From the human T2T-CHM13v2.0 reference genome, Homo sapiens, in NCBI RefSeq assembly GCF_009914755.1, contig NC_060941.1: a stretch of 64,000 nt of DNA. One strand, 5' to 3'. The translations under genes and the position numbers were made by a program. Position 1 is the first letter of the stretch, and every line of letters begins with the position of its first letter. This document shows, in pieces, positions 12,069 to 24,790 of the stretch. The notes beneath the pieces are model-generated. The model saw nothing but the letters and a program-made list of their open reading frames with translations. It did no database searches and was not told where the DNA came from.

Positions 12069-12779
12069 TGTTTTCATCATGGTGTCCACCGTGAGGCCTT
12101 GGCCTTTGGCGTACCAGTCACTGAGTGCTCAGTGGGTGACTCCAGCCCATCTCAACAACGTTGGTGACAGTGTCAGCTCTCAAGGGCAGGATTCAGTCAT
12201 CCAACCCACTTTGCACCTCCAAGCATCGATGACAGGTGGGTATTCAGAAAACGTGCTGAAAACTTCATGGAAGCTACAGCTCGACTCCCAAGAGAGAAGC
12301 CTGTCTTTGAAGTGCCTGTGGAATGAGAATGACCTTCCTCTGTCAAACTTCCTTTCCAGTATGATGTTTTAGTCAATCCAGAGATGTATTCCTTCCTGTG
12401 CATTGGGGATGGACTTGCATCTGGGGAGGGTGTCTGGGGTCAGATCATCCCAGGCCACTAGGACCTGAGGTGTTGAAAATCCTGGAGGATCACTGCTGTA
12501 CCCAGTGCATTGACGGCCCCACTCTCCTGGCCGTCTGCCTTCTACAGCCTCTGCTGAGATGAAGGCAATTTGGCTGGATGTGGTGAGGAATCTGTACAGG
12601 GAAGAGAGGCTGTTGCAGAGGAGGCAGCTGTAGGAGCGTCAGCACCCAGGAACGCACTCTCTGGAGCCTGGTGCAGAAATAGCACCCACTGCGTGTGGTG
12701 AGTGTCTGGTGTCTGGCATTCTGTGATGCTCTTCGGTTTTAAGACACCTGCCAGGAACAAAGTGGGGACTGGTAAACCA

Positions 12780-13668
12780 AGGTGCAAGATTGCAAAAGAG
12801 GCTCTACTTCCCCCTGCCTTCCTGTATTCTCATCCTTTGCAATATGACTTTGCATCTTCCCCCATCAAGAGCTGGAGTCTATTTCCCTCCCATATTAGCT
12901 TCCTAGGGCTGCTGTAGCAAATTGCCATAAAGCAGGTGGCTGAAACAACAGAATAAGTCCAAAGTCAAGTTGTTGGAAGGGCCATGCTCTCTCTGAAGGC
13001 TCTAGGGGAGAATCCACTCCAGATCTCTCTCCTGGTGTCAATCCTTGGACTTGCTTGGCTTGTAGCTCCATCACTCCAATCTCTGCCTCTGACTTTGTGT
13101 GTCTTTCTCACTGTGTCTCTCTGTCTCTGTGTCTTCCTCTCTTCTTACAAGGATGCCGGTCATTGGATTTGGAGCCCACTCTAAATCTAGGATGTTTGCA
13201 CCTGGAGATCCCTAATTATTTACATCTGCAAAGACCCTATTTCCAAGGAAAGTCACATTCTGAGGTTCCAGATGGACACGCATTTTTTGGGGACACTATT
13301 CAAACTACTACACCACCCCTTGAATCTGAACTGGCCATTTGTCTTGCTGTGGTCAACAGAAGCTGGTAGAAGTGACAATGTGTCCACTCTAAGGCCATGA
13401 AGCCTCCACTCTTGACCGTGGAACACTAAGACCACCTGTGAACAAGCCTGAACTAGCCCATGGCCCAGCTAGGCCAACCAGCCTCCAGCCCACCCAGCAG
13501 TTGTGCAGATGAATGCAGCTGAGCTCAGTGAAGCTCAGTAGAACATCTCAGACCAGCTGAGTCCACTGTAAATTGGCAAACCACAGAATTGAGACTGAGT
13601 ATATGGTTGTTGTTTGAGGCCACACCAAGTTTAGGGTTATTTGTTACACAGTAGTCGATGACTGATTC
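12780..13668 (+). mobile_element. Old MLT1 (G/H-like) LTR, split by a younger MLT1
   Basis: 'tgactttgca...cccatcaagagctggagtctatttc' resumes as 'ccaccccttgaatctg...gtttagggttatttgttacacag'. Confidence 0.75.
12891..13312 (-). mobile_element. MLT1B/C-like solo LTR
   Basis: 'tattagcttcctagggctgctgtagcaaattgcc...ggggacactattcaaactactaca'; 5-bp TSD cctcc/ccacc. Confidence 0.85.
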
Positions 13669-13750
13669 ACAAGGTGTTATTGGTTTAGGGCAAATGGGAG
13701 ATGAGTGCCATTTCTGGGTGCTGCCCACGTATAACAAAAACCAAAGTCTT

Positions 13751-14062
13751 GGCTGGGCGCAGTGGCTCACACCTGTAATCCCAGCACTTTGGGAGTCCGA
13801 GGTGGGAGGATCACGAGGTCAGGAATTCGAGACCAGCCTGGCTAAGATGGTGAAACGCTGTCTCTACTAAAAATACAAAAATTAGCTGGGCATGGTTGCA
13901 GGCACCTGTAGTACCAGCTGCTCGGGAGGCTGAGGCAGAAGTTTGAACCTGGGAAGTGAAGGTTGCAGTGAGCCGAGATAGTGCAATTGCACTCCAGCCT
14001 GGGTGACAGGGTGAGACTCCATCTCAAAAAAATAAAAAAATAAATAAATAAAATAAAATAAA
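13751..14062 (+). mobile_element. AluS (Sg/Sg4-like)
   Basis: 'gatcacgaggtcagg...ctggctaagatgg'; TSD aaaaac(c/t)aaag(t/g)ctt. Confidence 0.95.
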
Positions 14063-14148
14063 AAACTAAAGGCTTGGATCTAAACCATCTACTAGTGGCA
14101 GGAAGTCTAGGCATCTTCTGAGCCACCCTCAGGATCAAATAAAGCTAC

Positions 14149-14470
<322 letters not shown>

Positions 14471-15639
14471 GCTACTGAATCCCTTCACCAATGGAGGCAC
14501 GCTCATATACCTCTTGGCATCTCTCTACAGTCCCCTTAATGTGCAGCCATGCACACAGTGGTGCCTATTAAAGGCGTGGAGGTGGTGGTGGAGAACATGA
14601 CAGAAGCTAGGTTCGTAGCCCATTAGAGTCATGAAAAAAAATGAGTAATTCCCAGCTTCTTCCGCTCACTGCCTCTCCATCTTCTGGAGCATGACAAGAG
14701 GCATATTCCTCCTGTGACTCGCAGTCACGTGGAAGCAGAGAAGCTGCCAGTTTGAAATCCCAGAGATGGGACCCCCCACCTGGCCAGGGCCACCGATTAA
14801 GAGCCCGAGAGCCAGCCATCAGCAGGAGCCTCAAAAATGCTGGCTGAAATTAATCACTTGCCTTGCAAGGGTATTTATTTTCTCCTTTATACCTGGAGAG
14901 AAATGGGCTGTGAACTGGAAATTTCCAGAGCAGTAGGCTGAACTTTTTGTGTGAATGGCAACGACTTTCTTTTAAAGTGCCACCATTTGCTCAGTTCAAT
15001 TTCACCATTAAAGGACAATGGCCAATTTTCTGTGGACCTGGGATGTCGGTTTTGTCTAAAGCGTGAGCGTGTGGGGAATTTACTAACCTGGCTGTGATTG
15101 CCCATGAAAACAGGTTATTTAACAGGATTTAAATACTGTGCTCTGAAGCTCAACAGCAGTGAGGAGGCAGCCGGAGAATTGGAGTGGCGCATTTCCCTTC
15201 CAGCGCTAATGAGAGAAGGCAGGAAAAGCGAGCGTGATAGATAAGAGGCGGGCGGAGAGAGACAAGACAGAACTAGGGCCAAAGAGATGGGTGAGGGACC
15301 CCAATCAAGAGACAACGCCTGCTTTTAAAAAGGTGACCTTAAAATTCAGTCACTTGTTCACAGGTTTTATTCAACAAGTGTTTGTTAAAGGGTCTGCTGG
15401 GCTCAAGGTTCTCAGGTGCCATGAAAACCAAGCCCGCTACCAATTTTTGCAGGATTCTTGGAGGAGGTGTTTTGGAGCCGATTTTTAACTTAATTTTTTG
15501 ATGCTTCTGCCAGTCGTTCCCTGCCAACCTTCTGAACTCTCCCTGCCTTGCTGGCTTGCTAAGTGAAGCCCTGAACAGAATATGGGGATGAGTGTCAGGA
15601 GGTTGGTCCTTCCATAAACTGACTCGAATCTTCGATTAC

Positions 15640-15745
15640 GGTGTGGCCTCAGTTTTCTCATCTGTCAAATGGGAGTCATTATACCTAACTCACGTCTTCA
15701 GGCTTAAACAAGAGCGTAGGTAAAGATTCTGACACAATACCAGCT
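15640..15745 (+). mobile_element. MIR fragment
   Basis: 'gcctcagttttctcatctgtcaaatggg...tatacctaactca'. Confidence 0.75.
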
Positions 15746-15909
15746 ACTTGTGAGATGGACACAGCCGCCGTTTCCTTTTTCTTCCCTCTTGACATTTGCC
15801 AGGCTAGAATACGTCCTTTCTAAAATTTTGCTTAGGGGTGTGTCTCTTCCAGAAAGTCTTCCCTCTACCTAGGTGCTATTGAACTTTGGCATGGCCCTGC
15901 CCTTCGCAG

Positions 15910-16145
15910 CACAGGGCGGTGTCTAAGAGTGAGGGCTGGGGACGGGCTTTGAGATTCACATCTTGGCTCCCGGGCTCACCTGCAGTGTGATAGTGAATGA
16001 GATGTTTATCTCTTTCAATTCTCAGTTTCTCGTTAGAAACAGTACGTGCTCTGTAGGGCTGTTAGGGTTAAATGAGGCAGCCCATATAAAACGCTTTCCT
16101 GGGTCCTGGCACGTAGTATGTGTTCAATAAATGACAGCTGTTACC
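15910..16145 (+). mobile_element. MIR
   Basis: 'ctcagtttctc...gggttaaatgag...cctggcacgtagtatgtgttcaataaatgacagct'. Confidence 0.75.
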
Positions 16146-17029
16146 CATCATCCTCATGAACCATGACCCTGATCACCGGTGGTTTCCTAGAGGACTGCAA
16201 GTCTATTCTACAACTGCCATTAATAAAGAAATCTTTCTTCTTATTTGAAAAACAAAAGCAAAACACCCCTGCCCAAACCCACCTCAGTGAAATGCTGCCT
16301 GCCTCCTCTGCAGAGTCCTGCCCCTTCCAAGTAGAAAGAATTTTACTTCCAGGCTTAATTCGCCCAATTACTCCATCCGTTACAACTTACTCCTCTCCTC
16401 TAGTGTACCCAGAATCTTTGAAGACAGACTGTACTGGGTGAGGAAACAGAAAATGCTCAATTTTCTATACAAACGGCAGGAAAGAAACACTTTTTTTCCA
16501 CTGGGCTTGAGAATGAATTATGTGACCTCTCTACACCACAACCTGTCTCGCTTATTCTGTTTTGCTTACTCTAATTTCCAAACGGCTTTTCATTTCCTGC
16601 GTAAGCACTGTCTGAGATAGACGGTGGGGGACTGGACAGAGAAGGGTGGGAGTTAGGGGAGGAGGAAGCAGTAGTGGCTGAGCAGTATAATTCCCCCACA
16701 ACACATTTTCCAAACCTCAAATCAGGACCCGGAGCCCTGGAAGATTTGCGTGCAAGTGGATTTGAGAGAAGGCAATCTAGGAGACATTGTTTGGTTGCTG
16801 AAAATATTGACGTTTCTATGGTTTATGAGAACAAAGGAATAGAATTCTTGAAATCAGAGCTGTTCTGAAAAGTCCAGGGAGTGTGGTGACCGTGGTGGGT
16901 CCAGGGAATCTCATCTTGAATTTTAAGTTTGCTACAAAATGAAAGATCAGAAGTGAATGACACGTCACAGTGGCAGTCTAGGGGCACCTGTAAGAGCTGA
17001 GCTTATTGTATGATATCAGGTTTTCTGTT

Positions 17030-17230
17030 ATAGTCTCTCACTGCCCCAAACATCGACTATTTGTCATTATTTATCGATTAACGGTCATTAATTATTGGCA
17101 TGCTATTTTCCTAATGGTGCTCCCCCCGCCTCCCCATCGCTCTATCCTGAGCTCCTGAGTGGGGTTGTGCCTGACTACTGTGTTCAACATCATGCCGTTA
17201 GGAGATGCTCAGTATACTTGTTGAATAAAA
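17030..17230 (+). mobile_element. L2 3' end
   Basis: 'gagctcctgag...gatgctcagtatacttgttgaataaa'. Confidence 0.55.
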
Positions 17231-17594
17231 TGGACACAAGTGTATTCCTGAAACATGCTCTTTACCTTGGTAGGAAGTGACCAGAAGAGTCAGCACCAAG
17301 AAATCTTGCTGTCCACTTGGGCCCACCAGCGGCTCTCCCTGCATACCTAGCCACCAGACTGGAGGAAACCAGCAGTAGTTGTGGATTGGACCCCACAGTC
17401 AGCCCCACTCAGGACTCCAGAAGATGTTTTGTCTGTTTGCTGTTTCTGGTGTGCGGATGCTTGTTTAGTGTTCTGGCCAGCCACTGCCCCACCCAGACTT
17501 TAGGCACCTGTGTGGCCATTGCCTGGGCCACACGGGAGCTGGTGGGGGCAGAGCCCTCAGTGTCTGTCTTCCTCATGTCTTTTCCTTCCCTGTC

Positions 17595-17969
17595 GGATAC
17601 GGTTTGGCTGTGTCCCCACCCAAATCTCATCTTGAATTGTAGCTCCCATAATTTCCATGTGCTGTGAGAGGAACCCAGTGGGAGATCATTGAATCATGAG
17701 AGCAGTTTCCCTCATACTGTTCTCATGGTGGTGAATAAGTCTCAAGAGATCTGCTGGTTTTATAAGGGGAAACCCCTTTCACTTGGCTCTCTCATTCTCT
17801 CTTGTCTGCCGCCATGTAAGATGTGCCTTTCACTTTCTGCCATGATTGTGAGGCCTCCCCAGCCACATGGAACTGTAAGTCCATTAAACCTCTTAGTCTT
17901 TATAAATTTTTCTTTATAAACCCAGTCCCAGGTGTGTCTTTATCAGCAGCGTGAAAATGGACTAATACA
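17595..17969 (+). mobile_element. THE1 (B/C-like) solo LTR
   Basis: 'gatacggtttggctgtgtccccacccaaatctcatcttgaattg...gtgaaaatggactaataca'; TSD ctgtc/ctctc. Confidence 0.92.
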
Positions 17970-18144
17970 CTCTCCCTGGATCACATTAACACCTTCTCCC
18001 CCTGGGGTTCTGGCCTCCTCTGGGTCGTGTCCAACATGATCTGTCAGTCTCTGGTCAACAGTGATTTTCCAACGTGCCCCGTGTTGGGAAGAGATGAGGG
18101 GAGGAAAGTGTGGATCTTAAATATGGAGTGGGAAGAGGGAGGAG

Positions 18145-18903
<759 letters not shown>

Positions 18904-19984
18904 TAGAGCTCACATTAGGTTGGTGTATCTTTTGTGCTTTGTGCACAGAGGTGTCCGCTTTCTTACTAAAATAATTCCCAAGTCACAGAGAACTTCCTTA
19001 GCCTCAAGAGGCTGTAGGAAGTATGTATGGTAGGAGTGAGGGAATCACCATTTTCACCAGGGAAAAATGAATAGTTAACCTGTTTGGTTCAAAACAGATA
19101 CCAATTACTTGAGGCTAAAGTCACAGGCTGCTGGAGAGCTGGTCTACTTCCAAACGGTATAAATATTTAAGTCCAGAGCCACAAGCGAACGGTGACAGAG
19201 GACCTGTCTGTCTCTGTGCCTGTCTCCATCAGCTCCCTCACTGGCTCCCCTGGGACCCTTCCCTCCTGTGAGCCCCCATGTCCCAAGGGGTGCTAGAGGC
19301 TTCAGCACTGCTGGAAGGGGACAAATTTGTGTTCTCCTGCATTCTTCTTAAAGCCATGCCCATGTCAAAGCAACGTATAGAGGCTCAGTGACCAGGAAGA
19401 CTTTATTCTTAGTCCAGCTTTGTCACCTTACACCCAGGTGAATCTGGGCCCTGGAACATCAAGAGGCTTGCCCAGGTCGCACAGCCAGATAATGGTGGGC
19501 GTGACTCTAAACCATGTCACAGCATGCCCTCCAGAGCTCTTTCCAATCCACCTTCGAGAAACTGGGAAGACCCCTGAAGGTCATGGGGGTTGGGCAGCCT
19601 GTCCCCTGGGCTGGCTGTCTCTCCTGGCCCCCTGCTTTCCATCACCAGGGTAGTTTAATTCATGGCCTTTTGAGGCCCCCGTTCTGTCTGCTGGGGAACA
19701 GCTCTACTGCCAGCCTCCCTCGGGCTGTAGGCCACCATGGAGGATAGCAGGAGTCTCCACCTCCCTCCAAGGTGACAGCTGGAGGCAGCAGCCCACAGAC
19801 AAGAGTCCGCTCAATCCCAGCCCTCTTCACTTGGCTGCCAGCCCAGCTTGGCTCTGCATCCCCTGGGAGCCAGCCCTCCAGCCCACCCTGGTACCGAGAA
19901 AGGGTAGATGGACTCAGGTCACAGGACATCAGAGGAGGCAGGCAGTGGACAACAGCTGCTAGGGAGGAGGCACTGGGCACTCAG

Positions 19985-20029
19985 GGTCCCGAGGCTGGGG
20001 TAGGGGTGGAGGTGTGGGTGTGGGGACAG
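19985..20029 (+). repeat. 45-bp G-rich segment duplicated at 21401-21445
   Basis: 44/45 identical to 21401-21445. Confidence 0.92.
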
Positions 20030-20479
20030 TGCCAGGGAAGTTTGGCACTACAGTGGAGCAAAAGAACAGAAGGGGAAGAGGAGTTCCATGCAGTTGGGCA
20101 TGTCACATAATTACAGGAGAAAAATCAGGCCAGAGCCTGGCTCTCTCTACCTCTGTCTGAGTGATCATCACCCTTATTATAAAGCAACTAATTATTAGTC
20201 TGGCTCATTAGCAATTATAAATCTCTAACTCCAGAACTTCATTTAAAAAATGAAAAGTTAGCACTTAATGATTTTCCTAACTGCTTAGATCATGCGCAGA
20301 GCTTACACATGCAGCTCCCGTGGTTCCTGGGAGCGGGGCTGGCCTTCAGGTACTGGGGAGGGGTCCCTGCTTTCCCATCCAGAAACCTGGATGTCCCCCC
20401 AGTGGCCGGAAATCAAGCGCTCTGAGATGTGAGAAGTGGAGAAAGAGCGGTGAACTTCCTTCTCCTTCTGTTTTCCAGT

Positions 20480-20675
20480 AAAAATAGAAACAATGTGTTT
20501 ATTGAGCCTTTCTGCGTGCCACGTGCTTGGTGTTGTGATGCCTTATTTCATTTAAATCTCCCCATAACCTGATACTGTTCATCTCCATTCTATTGATGTA
20601 GCACTTGCAGTCATGGCACCTGCCATAGGATCATGAGCTGGATGACACCCAGGTTGCCCTGACTTAACCACTACC
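20480..20675 (-). mobile_element. MIR
   Basis: 'tttattgagcctttctgcgtgcca...tttcatttaaatctccccataacc'. Confidence 0.65.
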
Positions 20676-21934
20676 CTTAACTAAGCCCCTACCCTTAACC
20701 ACTACCCCATGCTCAACCACAGCTCTCCATGGCTCTAATGAGGGAAGAGCCTTGGGTAGATTGATGGTTGTACCCTTTGCAAATGCTCCCTAAGATTGGA
20801 CTGCTAGAGAAAGGTGGCCTGTTAGATCCTGGTGTGTCTTGTGGGTCCATGGTGTGTGGGCAGGTGAGTGGATGGAGGGAAGATTCCTTCCCAGTTACTA
20901 GGATGGACACTTTTCATTATCCTGTGGCTCTTTAAGGCTTTTCTAGCCTCCTCATCCTGCCCCAAACTTTTCCAATTCTTTGCTACTTCTTCCGTTTCTT
21001 GAGCACTCACTGAAGGTTGGAACAAAGCTGAAGAGGTTGCATGAGGAAGGCCCTGTTCCCTCAGGCAGCCCTTCCCTTTTCTCTTTCTTTCTTCCAGGTG
21101 GAGGGGAATGGCTGGAGCCAGGAAGAGCTGCCTGAGAGCCACAGGCAAAGGTGGGAGGCGAAAGGAAGACAGAGCATGGATGCTCAGGCCCAGAAGTTGG
21201 AGGAAACACCCACCTGGGCACGTGAGACCCCCATCAAAGCAGCCTAGCAAGACAAGATGATCCCAGAACAAGGGAGGGCCCTTGGGTTCACCCTAACTGT
21301 GTGCATTTGACAGTGGCAGTGTCTTCCCACCTGTGAAAGTAAGGGGTAGGGGTTAGACAGTTCTTCCAGCTCCGGTGTTGGTTTCTGTAAAGAACCTTCT
21401 GGTCCCGAGGCTGGGGTGGGGGTGGAGGTGTGGGTGTGGGGACAGCAATTCAAACAGACAGTCCCCATCCCTACAGTCTGAGATTCACAACCTTAGTTGG
21501 AAGCTGTAACTATAAAATACCCAAATCACAAAACTTAAAGAAATGAATGACTTATATGACTTTGTGTATTTCTACAGAGAAAAGGGAAGATAGCCATTAG
21601 ATAGAAGAGTGGACATTAGTGACTCATGCATTTTGTCAGGGGTTCAAATTCCGGGTCTCCAAGTGACAAGGTCTAAAAAAATCTCAGAGTGGAACAGATT
21701 GGAGTACATATCATCAGATGTCTTGAAGATGTGGCATGGATAGAGCCTGTTCCTCTCATCCTACAAACCCAGGAAGGCTTCCTGGAGGAAGTGACCTCCA
21801 CATCAGAGCCAGGTCAGCAGGCAGGGCAGCTAGATAGGGCAGGTGCCCAAATGCCAGCTCACACAGCTCAGTAGAAATCACTGGAATACTGCTAGAGATC
21901 CTGGTGAGGGTGAAAGGAATCTTCTGATGAGCAG

Positions 21935-22116
21935 CTTGGGGGATGCAAAAGTCCTGCAAGTAACTGCACCATCCTCCTTGCTCTCCAAGGAGAGCAAGAA
22001 TCTGAGCATCTCAGAGCAGACCAGGCCCTTCCAGCCCAGTGTGGGGTAGAGAGCCCAGCCCCCTTGCTCTCCAAGGAGGATGGTACAGTTACTTGAGGGA
22101 CTTTTGTATCCCCAAG
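21935..22116. repeat. Fold-back inverted repeat with an internal templated segment
   Basis: 21935-21980 is the reverse complement of 22072-22116; 21997-22047 is the reverse complement of 23434-23484. Confidence 0.9.
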
Positions 22117-22149
22117 GGGCAGAAAGTCTGGGGTCAAGGACAAATGACC

Positions 22150-22338
22150 AAAAGCTTAGGGCTGACACACATGGGGCACTTCTTAAATGCTCCACGTGCA
22201 TTCAAGTCACTTAACTCAAATATTATCCTCATTGAACAGATGCGGAAACGGAGGCATGGAGCAATGATTACATAGCCTGGGAATGGAGGAGGCAGGATTT
22301 AAACTAGATGGTCTGGCTGCAGGGCTGTGTGACCTTCA
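22150..22338 (-). mobile_element. MIR
   Basis: 'tattatcctcattgaacagatgcggaaacggaggca...gcaggatttaaac'. Confidence 0.75.
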
Positions 22339-23094
22339 CATACTCATACTCATACTGTCCTACTCATACTGTCAGTATGACCTACTCATACTGTCTCTGG
22401 ATGAAGAAGTTGTGCTCACCCTGAGGGAAGGGCAAAGGAGGGGGCTCTCCTGGCAGAATATTGGTTTCCTACTGTGCCCCACACTAACCTATAGCCCAGT
22501 GGCCACATTCCTCCCATGAGATGCTCCTGGGACAGCAAGAGGTCCCTGGAGGAGAAGTGAGCCCCTGGTGGGTCCCGACCATGTGGTACCTGTCTTTGAA
22601 TCCCCACCTCCCAACAGTGCCCAGCATGGCCTGGTGGCACTGATGCCATGGAGCACAGCATCCTCTACTGACCAGAATGGGAACATGCCCCAGGGAGAAA
22701 CCCAAACCAGAAGGAAGCCCAAGCTAATTAGGCCTCCAGAGTCATATGATTTTAGAGAGAGGCTCCAAGGAATTTCTGGGGCCTTGAGAACAAGGAGGGA
22801 GCAGGAAAAGAGATAAAGACAAGATGACTCCACTGATCCTCAAAGACACATCCTAAGTTCAGGATAAACAGGCAGGGAGGGTATCCCAGGGTCAAGTCCC
22901 CCAGCCCAGGGGTGCCCAGACTGTCTTGGTGGAGTAGAAACTTTGTATGTTTCAGAGCCCGAGGACAGCTGGAGTGGCTGATTGTGATGCTCCTGAGTGG
23001 CGGGGAGTGGGTAGCTGGTGTTGATAGTTGAGCCCTAGAGCTTGGGGCACACGATTAAGGGTTGAGATGGGTTAACGGGGCACCAATGGGGGAA

Positions 23095-23240
23095 CACTAA
23101 GAAGAAATTCTGACTCAGTCCGGGTCAGCCCTGTGGTCCAAAGCAAATGGATCACCTCTCCACCTAGTGAGCTCCCTGTCTACTGAGGTATTCAAGAGAG
23201 GCTGGGCGACCCCTGGCAGGAATCAAGCACTAGGTGGAGG
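23095..23240 (+). mobile_element. L3/CR1 3' fragment
   Basis: 'gtgagctccctgtctactgaggtattcaagagaggctggg'. Confidence 0.6.
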
Positions 23241-24624
23241 TAAGGCTAAAATGTAATTACCATCAGCCTGATAAGGTGGGTCTCCTTCTTAACCCATTTT
23301 TCCCTAAGAATCTGCAGGCACAGAGAGGTTAAGAAACTGCTTGAGATCACATAGGGCCAGGATTCCCTTCAGGCTGCCCCCAACTTCAGAGCCCTTGTGT
23401 TTAGGGCCACCCTTGCTTCACCTCTGTATGGCAACCTCACACTGGGCTGGAAGGACCTGGTCTGCCCTGAGATGCTCAGATTCTGTTAGAAAAGCCCCTC
23501 TGCCCGGGGACCCCAGAACCTTTTTGCTCCCTGCACAACCCCCCAAGCCTTCACCCCAAGCCTCTGTCTGGATTGGCCTTGCTAGGATAGAGGCCTAGAT
23601 GGCGTTCTCTTGCTGAGGGCTGGTCAGAGGCCAGCAGTGCTCTGTCCTCCCCCGCTCCCCTCTGGCTGCCCATGGTGTGGCCCTCACAGCCCTGGGTGCC
23701 CCTCCCAGCCAACTGATTTTCTATGAAAGCTGTGGCAAGTGACGGCTTCTTGCCTGGGAACAGCACCTCTCGGCAAACTGACAGGTAATTGGCCCCTAAA
23801 TCCCCCAGGAGACACGGGGAGGATGAGGAAAAATTACGGCTGTGGAACTGAGTCTTAAAAATTATATCACCTTTGCTGACAGTGTAATTACTCCTTTTTC
23901 TCAAGATTTAGTGCAGATCTCCAATCCTTAAACAGTTGAGGGATATTTTAAGGGTTCTCCTTTTCTGTTCTTCTTTTCCCCTTGGCCTGCAGAGGCTAGA
24001 TTCCTGGCATTGGCCAGTTTCCCTGCTTCTTCTAGGAAGCAAAATGTCCCTGGGCTGGCCGTGCAGAGATCACGCAAGGTGGGAAGGGGAGATGGAGCAT
24101 GAGAAAGGGGGCTTGACCCAGGAGTCACTGTGTTTGGGCCACCCAGGGCAGCCACACAGTCCTGTATGAACCCCTGGCCACCTGTTTGAATGTCAGGCAA
24201 GGTCCCTTGGCTTCCAGAAGCTCTCCCTAGCCAACGCAGTCAGTGCCCACCCATAGCCCCTTAGTCTACTGCAGAGGCCATCTGTAGGCGGGTCCCATCC
24301 TTGACCTGAAGGTGATCTTAGTCATGGAGCAGGCTGCCAACCCCTGTGGGTTCATCTTCATCCTCCAGGAGCAACCCCCATCCAAAGTGGTAGAGTCCGT
24401 GGGAAGGACCCCAGTCCTGAGACATGTTCCCCACAGTCTCACAGAGGCTCCCCTGTGGGCCACGGGCCTCAGGGCTGGATTCTGAGCTGGGACTGGTACT
24501 TGTACCCAAACGGCCCTGAATCCCTCATTGAGTCTCACTGGAGCTTCAGGAAGTTGAGGAGGTTGCCAGCCCCTCCTATCCTAGGTCTCTAATGCAGAGG
24601 GGCCCTCACCTTGGGGGGCAGGAT

Positions 24625-24790
24625 GGGCCAGAGGCCCACAGCAGTGACCCACTCATTTACACACCTTCTACTGGCTTTCCCACCTTCCCTGCCGCAGTCT
24701 CCCCACTCCCCTCACGCCCCCAAATAAGCTACCTGCACCCAAATCCTTGTCTCAGCATCTGCTTTTGGGGAAACCCAAACTTGAGGCCCC
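24625..24790 (+). mobile_element. LTR16-like ERVL LTR, 3' part
   Basis: 'cccaaataagctacctgcacccaaatccttgtctcagcatctgcttttggggaaacccaaac'. Confidence 0.75.

Noticed and set aside
20665-21358. Short repeat ttaaccactaccc (20665-20708) and a weak inverted match to 21341-21357
   Set aside because: Only ~17 bp with two indels in low-complexity sequence; not distinguishable from chance.
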